The notes beneath the pieces are model-generated. The model was not told the DNA's origin, ran no database searches, and saw only the letters and a program-made list of their open reading frames with translations. From contig CAVWLW010000057.1 of the NCBI GenBank assembly GCA_963755715.1, forward strand, positions 63,832 to 127,831: DNA of 64,000 nt, read 5' to 3'. This DNA comes from an uncultured delta proteobacterium (GTDB taxonomy: Bacteria; Desulfobacterota; Binatia; UBA9968). Below, piece after piece: positions 9,939-19,947 of the stretch (position 1 is the stretch's first letter; each line of letters starts with the position of its first letter). The translations under genes and the position numbers were made by a program.

Positions 9939-9953
9939 GCAAGTCTTATGCCA
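9939..9953 (-). promoter_or_regulatory. Sigma54 -24/-12 promoter
   Basis: Minus strand TGGCAT-AAGAC-TTGC, about 40 nt upstream of the hemerythrin ATG. Confidence 0.75.
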
Positions 9954-10286
9954 AACGGGTTGTGCTATCGGCGAGTGCTGCGATAAGCGCGTTCCGAAAA
10001 CACTTTTCTCCTGGGCCCGTTGATCCGCGCTGGTTTACAGACCCACGCGCCAAGAGTTTTCCTGTCGGCATTTATCCGACGAAGCTTGATTTTTGTATAA
10101 ATTTCGCGACAGAAATTTCTTGTTCGCAAGCATGCATGGTCTTGCCGTCCGGCTTGACATCACTCACAGCCGAGGCTCTGCGCAAGTGATTACTTGACCC
10201 AAGGGCTCACCCTGCCCTATTTTACGCCCACGTCGACTCAACGGAGTCCGGTCAGTCGGCGCAAGCTTCAGAAAAAGAGGCGAGCT

Positions 10287-11282
10287 ATGCGACGATTATC
10301 GATCTGGGCCCTTGTTTCGCTTTTCCTGCTGGAAACGAACGCAGCCGTGCGCGCGGCGGACGCTATGCGCGCGGCCAGCGGCGGCTTCACCACGGCGATT
10401 CACGCCGTCATGTGGGCCGCCTATGATGAAAAGCTTTTCAAGAAATACGGTCTCGATGTCGAATACCTGGCGCTCAACTCCGGTCGATTAGGGATGCAGA
10501 TGCTGCTTTCCGACGACGTACAGACGCTGTTTTCAACCGGCGTTACCGTGGTCACGACCAATTTGCAGAAGGCCGACTTGGCGATCATCGCCGGCGGACT
10601 CAATTTTTTCCCGACGAAGCTCATCGTTCGTCCGGAAGTAAAAAGAGCCGCCGACCTTAAAGGCAAGGTTCTCGCCGTCGGCGGCTTCGGCGCAGCCAAT
10701 CACATGGCGCTCTTGGTCGCGTTGGAAAAGCTCGGCGTCAATCCGAAGGATGTCACAGTCATCCAAGTGGGCGGCGCAGCGGCACAACTGACGGCGCTCG
10801 CCAAAGGCGTGGTCCATGGCCTGATGTTCAATGAGCCCCAAGCAACAATCGCGGTGAGAAAGTTCGGCATGCAAGCGCTCATCGACCTGATGGAAAGCAA
10901 AACCCCTTTCCCGCAGAACTGTTTTATTGTCAAACGAAGCTATCTCGAAGCCAACCGTGAAAAAGTCGGCAACTTCATGAAAGCGGTGGTCGAGGCGATT
11001 TATCTGCTCAAGAAAGACCGGCCGCTGGCGCTGCGGCTCATCAAAAAATATATCCGTGTGAGCGACGAGGAGGCGGCGCTCGGCTACGATTATTACCTGG
11101 CCAAGCACAGCGAGGGCATCTTGGAGCTGCCCGACCGACGCGGTCTTCAGTTTGTCATCGATGAGACCGCGAAGACCAATCCCAAGGCCGCGGGACAGAC
11201 GCCGGAGTCGCTCAAACTGCTCGAACCCGCCGTCCTCGACGAGCTGAAAAAAAGCGGTTTTGTGGAGCGCGCAAAAAAATAA
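10287..11282 (+). CDS. ABC substrate-binding protein, NMT1/THI5-like, orphan
   Basis: Signal peptide; 'LFKKYGLDVE' and 'DLKGKVLAV'. Confidence 0.88.
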   Translation: MRRLSIWALVSLFLLETNAAVRAADAMRAASGGFTTAIHAVMWAAYDEKLFKKYGLDVEYLALNSGRLGMQMLLSDDVQTLFSTGVTVVTTNLQKADLAIIAGGLNFFPTKLIVRPEVKRAADLKGKVLAVGGFGAANHMALLVALEKLGVNPKDVTVIQVGGAAAQLTALAKGVVHGLMFNEPQATIAVRKFGMQALIDLMESKTPFPQNCFIVKRSYLEANREKVGNFMKAVVEAIYLLKKDRPLALRLIKKYIRVSDEEAALGYDYYLAKHSEGILELPDRRGLQFVIDETAKTNPKAAGQTPESLKLLEPAVLDELKKSGFVERAKK

Positions 11283-11498
11283 TTCGCGCTTGGCGCAACG
11301 ATGAACGCGTAGCGATCAGCCCGTTGATGGGCTAAAGACAGCGCCATTCTATGAAATAAACCGCGCCCGTGACAGGTATTCCTTCAAGGGGCCTGCCATC
11401 TTGACGGCCATCGTCGGTTTGCCGTATTCAAGAGGTGAGAATAGTGATAGCGTCTCGGACAAAATTACTTTACGGATAGCAATCAAAAGGAGGTTTTT

Positions 11499-11936
11499 AT
11501 GAGTCTACTCAAAGTCGAAGGCGTGACGCACTGGTCGATTCCGGTGAATAGTCTTGACGAATCCGAAAAATTTTACGGCGACCTGCTCGGCCTCAAACCT
11601 CTCGGTCGACTGGGCAATTCCGGCATGTCGTGCTTTAACGTCGGCGACCACAACATCCTGCTCTGCCAGCGTGCAGCGAACGTCGATAAATCCTTTACCG
11701 AGGACCAGAACGTGCACCATTCCTTCACCGTCAGCCCGGAAACGTTGGTGCAAGCCTGCAAGATCTTCAAAGAGCAAAAAATACCTATTGACCGGCTGTA
11801 CTATCGGGCGAAGGGTTTTTTCACCGGTAGGGAGCTTTATTTCTTCGATCCGAGCGGCAATCGCCTCGAGCTGCGTGATCCGACCTGGAAAGCGGGCATG
11901 CCGGAACCGAGCTTTGAAGAGCTAGCGCACTCTTAG
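11499..11936 (+). CDS. VOC/glyoxalase family protein
   Basis: H..IPV..S.KFY...LG and 'YFFDPSGNRLEL'; AGGAGG RBS. Confidence 0.9.
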   Translation: MSLLKVEGVTHWSIPVNSLDESEKFYGDLLGLKPLGRLGNSGMSCFNVGDHNILLCQRAANVDKSFTEDQNVHHSFTVSPETLVQACKIFKEQKIPIDRLYYRAKGFFTGRELYFFDPSGNRLELRDPTWKAGMPEPSFEELAHS

Positions 11937-12117
11937 CACGATAGTAAACAGGCAGGAGCAGTCTGGCTTGTACCGCTGGGACGCGGCCTGCCCTATTTTG
12001 CCGACGAGCCGCAACGTAGCGGGAAGCGACGGATTATTTCTGCACGACGGCCCAAGACCACCGCCCAAAAAGCGTATAAAAACCCTCTCCATAGACTCGG
12101 CGTTTCGTGAGGTTTGA

Positions 12118-12146
12118 TTGACAACCTCACGAAGCGCCGATAAACT
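12118..12146 (+). promoter_or_regulatory. Sigma70-type promoter
   Basis: TTGACA-17 nt-TAAACT upstream of the cupin gene. Confidence 0.6.
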
Positions 12147-12207
12147 TTTGATGTTTTCGGGTTTTTCGCCGGTACGAGTGACGCACCGCGAGATAAGGAG
12201 CCCCGTC

Positions 12208-12570
12208 ATGATTCTCTCTAAAAATGCTGACGTCCAAGGGGTGATCGTTAAATCCATCGAAGGTAAACCGATGTACGGCGGCGATCTGATCGTCAAACCG
12301 CTGCTCAAAGGCGACGAGATGACCTTTCTCGAGATTCATTATACGCCCGGCGTGGGCGCGCCGCTGCACGTGCACACGCATGAATCGCTCGCTTATGTCG
12401 TCAAAGGGAAAGTGAAGATGACCGTAGGCAAGGAAGAATATATCCTCGGCCCCGGCGATGTGTGCCGCCATCCCAAAGGGGTGCCGCACGGCGTCGAAGG
12501 CATCGAGGAATCGATCGTCGTTGAAATCAAATCGCCCGCCCCCGAGATCGGCAGCTTTCTCGGCATGTGA
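12208..12570 (+). CDS. Cupin domain protein
   Basis: 'PLHVHTHE' and 'PKGVPHG' metal motifs; AAGGAG RBS. Confidence 0.9.
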   Translation: MILSKNADVQGVIVKSIEGKPMYGGDLIVKPLLKGDEMTFLEIHYTPGVGAPLHVHTHESLAYVVKGKVKMTVGKEEYILGPGDVCRHPKGVPHGVEGIEESIVVEIKSPAPEIGSFLGM

Positions 12571-12618
12571 CATTCGATGCGCTCAAGCTAGTAAATCACT
12601 CGAGGAGATGAAAAAATT

Positions 12619-12972
12619 ATGGCGGGCAAGGCAAAATATTTGATGATCGCGACGATGGATATCGATGCCGAGCATGAAGCGATTTTCAATGAAGTGTACG
12701 ACAAAGAGCACGTGCCGAATCTGAGTAAAGTGCCCGGCGTGATCGGCATCACGCGCTATAAACGCGGCACGCTGAAGATGAACATCGGCGGTGAAACCAA
12801 GACTATCGAGATACCCAACGAGCCGGCTTATACGGCGATCTACGAACTGGAAAGTCCGGACGTTTTAACCAGTCCGGGCTGGGACAAAGCGATCGAAGAG
12901 GGCCGCTGGCCCAGTCAAGTAAGACCTTTCACGAAAAACCGCCGCCACGTTCTGCTAAAAATCATGGACTAA
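12619..12972 (+). CDS. Dimeric alpha/beta-barrel protein (EthD/DUF4286-like)
   Basis: 'FNEVYDKEHVP...VPG' and 'YTAIYELES'. Confidence 0.7.
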   Translation: MAGKAKYLMIATMDIDAEHEAIFNEVYDKEHVPNLSKVPGVIGITRYKRGTLKMNIGGETKTIEIPNEPAYTAIYELESPDVLTSPGWDKAIEEGRWPSQVRPFTKNRRHVLLKIMD

Positions 12973-12990
12973 CGACGTTGTCGTGCTGGT

Positions 12991-13464
12991 TTATCGAGCG
13001 GCGCCACCGGCCAAAATTTTTTCAAGCGACGCGCCGATCGACTCCGCTTGCAAGCTTTCAATATGGCGTTCGAAGAGTGGAAATAATTCGCGCTCTTCTT
13101 TGCGGATGTGGCGTTCGAGAAGATCCCCTAAATCGAAGACGAGCTTAGCGACACCGGTGCCGGCCTCAAGCTGGGGCACTGCCTGGCGCATCGCGGCGTG
13201 ATCACGGATCAGCTCGTCGATAACCAACCCGATCTCGGGCAGCGCCGCGCGCAGCGCCGGAAACAGCACTTCCTCCTCGGCGCGAAAGTGCGCTTGCAAG
13301 TTGTTCGTATAAAAAGCGACAAATTCGCTGGCGCGCTCGCGTAAACCGGCAGCGCCCATCGGCTTGATCTGCCCCAGCGCCTGTTTGCGGCAACGCAGCG
13401 CCAAAGCCAAACCATGGTGATGATCGTGCGATAGCGGAATTAAACTGGGGTGGCGGGCGGTCAT
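12991..13464 (-). CDS. Hemerythrin-like cation-binding protein
   Basis: 'RHPSLIPLSHDHH', 'HFRAEEEVLFP', 'HIRKEERELFP'. Confidence 0.85.
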   Translation of the reverse strand: MTARHPSLIPLSHDHHHGLALALRCRKQALGQIKPMGAAGLRERASEFVAFYTNNLQAHFRAEEEVLFPALRAALPEIGLVIDELIRDHAAMRQAVPQLEAGTGVAKLVFDLGDLLERHIRKEERELFPLFERHIESLQAESIGASLEKILAGGAAR

Positions 13465-13520
13465 AAGAAGCCGAGGCAATGGAGTATCGAGATCCCGACA
13501 CCTCCGGTACTCCAATCTTT

Positions 13521-14696
13521 TTATATCGCTTCCTTAGCGCGCAGATCCGAAATCGCCGCGCGATCGAATCCCAGCCCCGTCAAAATCTCTTCCGTGTGCT
13601 CTCCCAGCATCGGCGGCGGCCGATCGATGCTGGGCGGCGTACGGCTCATGTCGACGGCGTTGCCGAGGAGCTTCATTTTGCCCATCTTGGGATGCTCGAC
13701 TTCTATGGGAAAGCCATAGGTCTGCACTTGCGGATCGGCGAACACCTCGTCCAACGTGTTGATCGGCGCGGCCGGAACATCCATTTCGGTTAAACGACGT
13801 AACCAGTCCTCGCGCCGCCCGCCGCGAAAGATCGGCGTCAGTTGCTCGACGAGCGTGTCGTAATTTTCTATCCGTGCTTTACGGTTATTGAACCGCGAAT
13901 CTTCCGACCACTCGGGCTTGCCGACCACCTCGAACATGTTGCGCCAGAACTTATCCGGCGACGACATATGCAGGACAAACGGCAAGCCGTCGCGATCTTC
14001 GAATGCGAAAACTCCCGCCGTGGTCGTGCGGTGCTTGCGCCGCGGCACATGTCCGGTCTCGAAGTAGCGCGCGGCGTTTTCGCCGACGAAGGAAACCGAG
14101 GCGCGCAAAAGCGACGTCTCGACGTGCTGTCCTTCGCCGCTGAGCATGCGGTTCATCAGCGCACTCAACACGCCGTAGCATGCGTACATGCCGGTCAAGT
14201 GGTCGGAGAAGGAAATTCCCATGCCCTGCGGTTTTCCTGGGTCCGTGAGCAGGCTTAACAAGCCGCTACGTGCCTGGCCGACCGTGTCATAACCGGGCAT
14301 ATCGCGGTAAGGTCCCGTCGGACCGAAACCGGAAATCGAGCAATAGACGATTTTGGAATTTAATTTTTTGATATCGTCGTAGCCCAAGCCGCGCTTCTCC
14401 ATCACGCCCGGACGGAAATTCTGGATCAGAACATCCGCCTCAGACGCGAGCCGGAGCGCGATATCGCGCCCCGCATCGACGCGCAAGTCCAGTGTGATGC
14501 TTTTCTTGTTGCGATTTAGACTGCAAAACGTCGCGGCATAATTTCTCTCACCCCAACCGCGAAACGGATCGCCGCGCTTTGGTTCTTCGATCTTAACGAC
14601 TTCCGCTCCCATGTCCGCCAGAAGCTGTGAAGCAAACGGACCGGTAACGTAGCTCGCCGCCTCGACGATCCTGATGCCCGCCAGTGCGCCATTCAT
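13521..14696 (-). CDS. CoA transferase family III (CaiB/BaiF)
   Basis: 'LADMGAEVVKIE', 'NRNKKSITLDL', 'NFRPG', 'PMLGEHT'. Confidence 0.95.
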   Translation of the reverse strand: MNGALAGIRIVEAASYVTGPFASQLLADMGAEVVKIEEPKRGDPFRGWGERNYAATFCSLNRNKKSITLDLRVDAGRDIALRLASEADVLIQNFRPGVMEKRGLGYDDIKKLNSKIVYCSISGFGPTGPYRDMPGYDTVGQARSGLLSLLTDPGKPQGMGISFSDHLTGMYACYGVLSALMNRMLSGEGQHVETSLLRASVSFVGENAARYFETGHVPRRKHRTTTAGVFAFEDRDGLPFVLHMSSPDKFWRNMFEVVGKPEWSEDSRFNNRKARIENYDTLVEQLTPIFRGGRREDWLRRLTEMDVPAAPINTLDEVFADPQVQTYGFPIEVEHPKMGKMKLLGNAVDMSRTPPSIDRPPPMLGEHTEEILTGLGFDRAAISDLRAKEAI

Positions 14697-14869
14697 GAGA
14701 AAACCATCCTATTTCTATTTAAATTTGAAAAAATTGCCGCTCATATGTCGTAGGTTGGACGGCCCGGTAAGTCAAGGCCAAGCGGGCAAACGGATAGCGC
14801 GCCGATCTGCCCCTCGGTGGCAACCAGCGCGCTTCGGTACTCGTGATGGGTTCTAAGTGAGTTGTAGAA

Positions 14870-15073
14870 CTAACGTTCTTCAGTGTGCATCTTGCGCGGC
14901 GGCGGGGTCGTACCCTGAGGTGATACCATAGCGATGATCTCGCTCCGGCTAAAGCGCCAACCGCCACCGAACTTGCGACCCGGTATCGAGCCCTCTTTAA
15001 CCAGCTTGTAGACAGTTCGGGGGTGTATCTGCAAAAGCTCCGCTACTTCGCCGGCCGTTAAAATCTCATCCAT
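14870..15073 (-). CDS. Stand-alone excisionase-family (HTH_17) DNA-binding protein
   Basis: 'LTAGEVAELLQIHPRTVYKL...IPGRKFGGGWRF'. Confidence 0.85.
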   Translation of the reverse strand: MDEILTAGEVAELLQIHPRTVYKLVKEGSIPGRKFGGGWRFSRSEIIAMVSPQGTTPPPRKMHTEER

Positions 15074-15116
15074 AATCAGGTCTCCCGCCTTTCGTGAAAT
15101 CTAGAGTTCCATATAG

Positions 15117-15131
15117 GCAGAATCCGTGCCA
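15117..15131 (-). promoter_or_regulatory. Sigma54 -24/-12 promoter
   Basis: Minus strand TGGCAC-GGATT-CTGC, about 45 nt upstream of the HTH ATG. Confidence 0.65.
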
Positions 15132-15361
15132 GCTCGACAACCTAGAATTAGGTGGCCAAAAAACGACAAATTCAGAAATTGAAACCGCGTCCCGTAGGAA
15201 AGTCCTACAGATAAGTGCAGGAAATGCGAAAAAACGAACAATTGTAAACAACCCTATGAATACTCCGAGCATATCGATCAGGCCGATGAATCCGCGATCA
15301 CAACCGGCAGTTTGTCGCAAAACAGACTTCGCGCGCGCTCTTGTACAACAAACGAAACTAT

Positions 15362-16075
15362 TCATCCCCCTAAGTAAGCGTCGACGATTTTCGCATCTTT
15401 CAGCAGTGCCGCGCTTGCACCGCTCAGCGCAATCCGGCCGTTTTCCATGACGTAGGCACGTTGGGCGATGCTGAGCGCCTGACGGGCGTTTTGCTCGACC
15501 AGGAAAATCGTCAGGCCTTGAAGATTCAGCGTGCGCAGGGTGTGAAAAATCTCCAGCACGACGAGCGGCGCCAAACCCATGGAGGGCTCGTCTAAGAGCA
15601 AGACACGCGGCTTGGCCATCAGGGCGCGGGCTATCGCCAACATTTGCTGCTCGCCGCCGGAGAGGTTTCCCGCCGCGCCATCGAGCCGCTCGCGCAAGAG
15701 AGGAAACAACCCAAGCAACCGTTCTAGATCGGCGGTGATCTCATTTCGATGGGTACGCCGGTAGGCGCCCAAAAGCAGGTTTTCCCTTACCGTCAGCGTG
15801 GTGAGAATTTCCCGCCCTTCGGGCACCTGGACGAGTCCCCGGGCGACGATCTCGTGCGGCGCCAATCGCGTCAACTCGCAATTATCGAATCGAATCGATC
15901 CCGCCGCCGGCTTGATTAAGCCCGACAACGCCAGCAAGGTGGTTGATTTGCCAGCGCCGTTTGCGCCCAAGAGGGCCGTGATCTCGCCTTGTTCCAGTGT
16001 CAGGTCGATGCCTTTGACCGCTTCGATGACGCCGTAGCGAACCTGCAAGCCGGTAACGTTGACAATGGCATTCAT
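15362..16075 (-). CDS. livF: Branched-chain amino acid ABC ATPase (LivF-like)
   Basis: GANGAGKST, VPEGR, LSGGEQQML, DEPSMGLAP. Confidence 0.9.
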   Translation of the reverse strand: MNAIVNVTGLQVRYGVIEAVKGIDLTLEQGEITALLGANGAGKSTTLLALSGLIKPAAGSIRFDNCELTRLAPHEIVARGLVQVPEGREILTTLTVRENLLLGAYRRTHRNEITADLERLLGLFPLLRERLDGAAGNLSGGEQQMLAIARALMAKPRVLLLDEPSMGLAPLVVLEIFHTLRTLNLQGLTIFLVEQNARQALSIAQRAYVMENGRIALSGASAALLKDAKIVDAYLGG

Positions 16076-16851
16076 TGTTTCGGACTCGATACCGCGTCGC
16101 CATCGGTGCCCAAATAAGCTTCGATAACCTGGGGATTCGCGCGCACTTCAGCAGGACTGCCACGGGCGATGATCTGGCCGAAATTCAACACGACAATTTC
16201 CCGGCACAGGCCCATGATGAAACCCATGTCATGCTCGATGATCATGATATTCAAACCGCTCTCATCGAGCTTGACGATTTCACTCATCAACTCGCGTTTC
16301 TCGGCGGCGTTCATGCCGGCGGCCGGTTCATCGAGGAGGAGCAACTTGGGTCGGGTCGCCAGCGCGCGGGCAAGCTCCAATCGGCGCTGCTCCCCATAAG
16401 AAAGCGTGCCGGCTTGGTGACCGGCTTTTTCCACAAGCCCGACGCGCGCCAAAAGCCCGCGCGCCGCGTCCCTCTCGCGCTGCTCGGCGTCACGATAACC
16501 GGGCCAGCGCAGGAGCGCGCGTACGGTGCCGTAGCGCGTCTGATCGACCATCGCTACCAGCACATTTTCGAGCGCCGTCATCTCTTTAAACAGACGAATG
16601 TTCTGAAACGTCCGCGCGACCCCGCATCGGGTAATCTGATAGGGCCGCCGGCCGTCGAGCCGTTGTCCGAAGAACTCAATAGCGCCGGCGTTTGGAGTCA
16701 ATAGGCCGGTGACGAGGTTGAACAAGGTCGTTTTGCCGGCGCCGTTCGGACCGATCAAGCCGAAAATGCCGTGCTCAGGAATCGTCAAATGGATATCTTG
16801 CAAGACGTCCAAGCCGCCAAAGTGTTTGGAAACCGATGAAAGCGTGAGCAT
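16072..16851 (-). CDS. livG: Branched-chain amino acid ABC ATPase (LivG-like)
   Basis: GPNGAGKTT, RTFQNIRLF, LSYGEQRRLE. Confidence 0.9.
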   Translation of the reverse strand: MLTLSSVSKHFGGLDVLQDIHLTIPEHGIFGLIGPNGAGKTTLFNLVTGLLTPNAGAIEFFGQRLDGRRPYQITRCGVARTFQNIRLFKEMTALENVLVAMVDQTRYGTVRALLRWPGYRDAEQRERDAARGLLARVGLVEKAGHQAGTLSYGEQRRLELARALATRPKLLLLDEPAAGMNAAEKRELMSEIVKLDESGLNIMIIEHDMGFIMGLCREIVVLNFGQIIARGSPAEVRANPQVIEAYLGTDGDAVSSPKQ

Positions 16852-16853
16852 AG

Positions 16854-17717
16854 CTAGCTTGTCGTGCTTGGGCGCGGCCGGCGCATCGCGAATTGTAAAA
16901 GCTCCCAAAGCCCTTTGGGCGAATAGAGAATAATCACGATGAGAATGACGCCATTGATCAGCGATCGATAGTGGCCGAGCCCACGCAGGAGCTCCGGCAA
17001 AAGCGTGACCAGTGCTGCGCCGATCAACGCGCCCCACGGGCTCGTGGCGCCGCCGAGCACCCCCATGGCGAGGATTTCCACGCCGCGCTCGAAGCCATAT
17101 TCGTTCGGGCTGATAAAAAACGTGAAATGAGCGTTGAGCGCTCCCGCTAGTCCAGCCAGCGCCGCGCCCAAAACAAAGGAAAATAATTTGTAGGCGCGGA
17201 CATTGATGCCCATCAGCTCGGTGGCCACTTCATCTTGACGGATCGCGGTCATCGCGCGGCCGATCCGCGCATGCGCCAGTCGCAGGAGCACATAAAGCGT
17301 AACGCCGACGGCCAGCGTCACGTCAAGCCAGGTGGTGAGCAGCGGAATACCGTTGAGGCCGAGCGCGCCACCGGTGATCGACTCGGCGTTGAGGATCAAG
17401 ATACGCACGACTTCACCGAAAGCGAGAGTGGCCATGGCCAGGTAAACTCCCGACAGCCTCAGCGTTGGACGACCGATCACGAGCGCGATCAATGCCGGCA
17501 GGAGCGCGCCAGCCGTGATGGCGAAGAAAAACGGAATGCCGCCGTTGATCGTCAGCAGCGCCGCCGCATAGGCGCCGATCCCCATGAACGCGGCGTTGGC
17601 CACGGTGAGAAGACCGCAGGCGAGGGTGAGATAAATCGACAGCGCGAGCAGTATGTTGGTGCCGACGGAAAGCACCAAGGTGCTGTAGGTCGCCCAGAAA
17701 CTATCGAGCCATTCCAT
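16854..17717 (-). CDS. livM: Branched-chain amino acid ABC permease (LivM-like)
   Basis: 'LRLSGVYLAMATLAFGE' and 'TGGALGL'. Confidence 0.9.
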   Translation of the reverse strand: MEWLDSFWATYSTLVLSVGTNILLALSIYLTLACGLLTVANAAFMGIGAYAAALLTINGGIPFFFAITAGALLPALIALVIGRPTLRLSGVYLAMATLAFGEVVRILILNAESITGGALGLNGIPLLTTWLDVTLAVGVTLYVLLRLAHARIGRAMTAIRQDEVATELMGINVRAYKLFSFVLGAALAGLAGALNAHFTFFISPNEYGFERGVEILAMGVLGGATSPWGALIGAALVTLLPELLRGLGHYRSLINGVILIVIILYSPKGLWELLQFAMRRPRPSTTS

Positions 17718-17754
17718 AAGGTTTTGAATCGACGAGCCGATGCCGCCGTCGCGC

Positions 17755-18636
17755 TCAAGCGCGCCGCTGCGCCGTGTGGCCGAACAAACCTTGCGGGCGA
17801 AACAGCAAGATCGTGAAGAGCAGGCCGAACGCCACGGCATCGCGCATGGTCGAGCCGATGTAAGCGATTGAAAATACCTCGGCGAAGCCGAGAAAAAAGC
17901 CGCCGAGCAAAGCGCCGCGGATATCGCCCATGCCGCCGAGGATCACGATCGCGATCCCCTTGTGCAGCATCGGCTGGCCCATGTGCGGGAATACGGCGTT
18001 GGAATAAAGCGCGATGAGGACACCGGCCACGCCGCCGAGCATCGCGCCGACCACCGAGGTCATGCGAAACAAGCCCTCGACATCGACGCCCAAGAGCGCC
18101 GCCGCTTTCGGCGATTCCGATAGGCCGCGCAGCGCGCGACCGAGGCGGGTCCGCTTCAAGCCCCACAGCAACAATGCCATGAGCGCGAACGCGAGCAAGA
18201 TAATTCTCAGCTCGAGCCAAGTGATCTGCACATCGGCCAAGCTCAAAACTTCAGTCGGCATCAGCTCCGCCGGAAAGCGTTTATTCTCGGCGCCGAAGGT
18301 GCCTTCGATGGCGCTGGTCAGCACCATCGCCAAGCCGATGGTCGCGATCATCGGCGCCAGATGCGGCGCTCCGCGTGCGCGGAGCGGCGCGAAGATCCAC
18401 CGATCGAGAATCCAGCCCGCGGCTCCAGTCACAATCATGGCCAGGAAAATCCCGGCGAGCAACGGCAGCCGGAGCGCCACCACCGAGTACAAGGCGGCGT
18501 AGGCGCCGAGCATAAAGAGCGCGCCTTGGGCCAAGTTGATAACGTTCAAGACGCCGAAGACGAGAGTAAAACCGAGGGCAAAGAGAGCGTAAACTCCGCC
18601 GAGAGAAAGCGCGTTGATGAGTTGTTGCGCGAGCAT
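17755..18636 (-). CDS. livH: Branched-chain amino acid ABC permease (LivH-like)
   Basis: 'QQLINALSLGGVYALFALG', 'ILGGMG', 'RPQGLFG'. Confidence 0.9.
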   Translation of the reverse strand: MLAQQLINALSLGGVYALFALGFTLVFGVLNVINLAQGALFMLGAYAALYSVVALRLPLLAGIFLAMIVTGAAGWILDRWIFAPLRARGAPHLAPMIATIGLAMVLTSAIEGTFGAENKRFPAELMPTEVLSLADVQITWLELRIILLAFALMALLLWGLKRTRLGRALRGLSESPKAAALLGVDVEGLFRMTSVVGAMLGGVAGVLIALYSNAVFPHMGQPMLHKGIAIVILGGMGDIRGALLGGFFLGFAEVFSIAYIGSTMRDAVAFGLLFTILLFRPQGLFGHTAQRRA

Positions 18637-18639
18637 GCG

Positions 18640-19791
18640 CTATTTTTGAATCACGTACTGATTCGCCTTGGTCACCATGACGATCGCGGTTTGCACGGCG
18701 TCGTAGCCCGCCGGCTTGCCGTCGCGCCCGACCGCCTGGCGAAACTTGAAAGGTCCGGTTGCGCCGCTCCATTGAGCCGCGGGCAGCGCATCACGCAGCG
18801 TTTTGCGATCCGCTTCGAGCTGTCCCGTGAGCTTAATTTTTTTTAAGGCTTGCGCTGCGATATACATTGCGTCATAGGCCTGGGCCGCGAATTGATCGGG
18901 GAGTGTGCCATGGGCTTTTTGATAGGCTGCGATAAACCGTTTGTTCTCAGTCACCGGATTTTCCACCGACCAAGGACTACCTACCCAGAGATTATCCGAA
19001 TTGTCTTTAGCGAGCTCGAACACCCGCGGTGAGTTCATGCCGTTGCCGCCGATAAACGGCAAAGCGATACCTAATTGACGGGCTTGAACCATGATCGGCG
19101 CGCCCTCCGCCACCAGCGCCGACATTACGATGGCATCGGCCCCGCTCGCTTTGATCTTGGTCAACTGCGGCTTGAAATCCACATCCCCTTTCGCGAACGT
19201 CTCCGTGGTCGCGACCGGGATCTTTAAATCCTGCAGCGCTTTCTTAAAATTATCGTAGCCGCTCTTGGTGAAAATATCGTCGTTGCCGTAAAGCACCGCG
19301 ACTCTCTTCAAGCCGGTCTTCTGCGCCGCGATTTTGAGCGTGACCGGCAAGATGTCCGCTTCCGTGACCGAATTGCGAAAGACGTAGTTGCCGATCGAAG
19401 TAATGCCGTCAGCGGTATTCGAGGTGCCGAAGACGACGACTTTTGCGCCTTGAGCGACGGGATCGGATGCCTGGGCGGAGTTGGATAGAGTCGGGCCGAA
19501 CAACATCAGCACCTTGTCTTGAAAAATCAGTTTTTTGAAAACATTGATCGCTTCCTCTTTCTTGCCTTGCTCGTCCTCGACTACCAGCTCGATCTTGCGA
19601 CCGTTGATGCCACCACTGGCATTGATCTCACTCAGCGCCAGCTCGAAGCCCTTGCGAATCGGCAGGCCGTATTGGGACGCGTTCCCGGTCAAAGCTTCTG
19701 CGGCGCCGATTTTGATCTCAGCGGCGCGGGTCGGACCCGGCAAAACACCGAACACCAAGAAAATCCAGAGAATTACGATTCGCGACCTCAT
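18640..19791 (-). CDS. Branched-chain amino acid ABC substrate-binding protein (LivK/J-like)
   Basis: Signal peptide; 'IKIG...LTG..SQYG', 'INASGGINGRKIELVVED'. Confidence 0.9.
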   Translation of the reverse strand: MRSRIVILWIFLVFGVLPGPTRAAEIKIGAAEALTGNASQYGLPIRKGFELALSEINASGGINGRKIELVVEDEQGKKEEAINVFKKLIFQDKVLMLFGPTLSNSAQASDPVAQGAKVVVFGTSNTADGITSIGNYVFRNSVTEADILPVTLKIAAQKTGLKRVAVLYGNDDIFTKSGYDNFKKALQDLKIPVATTETFAKGDVDFKPQLTKIKASGADAIVMSALVAEGAPIMVQARQLGIALPFIGGNGMNSPRVFELAKDNSDNLWVGSPWSVENPVTENKRFIAAYQKAHGTLPDQFAAQAYDAMYIAAQALKKIKLTGQLEADRKTLRDALPAAQWSGATGPFKFRQAVGRDGKPAGYDAVQTAIVMVTKANQYVIQK

Positions 19792-19947
19792 CACTGATTC
19801 GGAAACCTCAGCTGTGAATTGAACCGGCGCCCCGAAACTTGTGCCGCGTGGCCGATCCACGGGCGAGCCGTGAAGACGACTCGCGGGAAGCAACCTCTCG
19901 CATGACAACACGTCGCAATCACGAGCATAAACTACGCGCGAGGAAAA

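Noticed and set aside
12568-12620. TGA at the end of the cupin gene as possible Sec
   Set aside because: The domain is complete before the stop, there is no Cys-motif context, and the next gene starts shortly after.
19792-19947. Possible riboswitch upstream of the liv binding-protein gene
   Set aside because: No known riboswitch consensus or terminator could be identified by eye.
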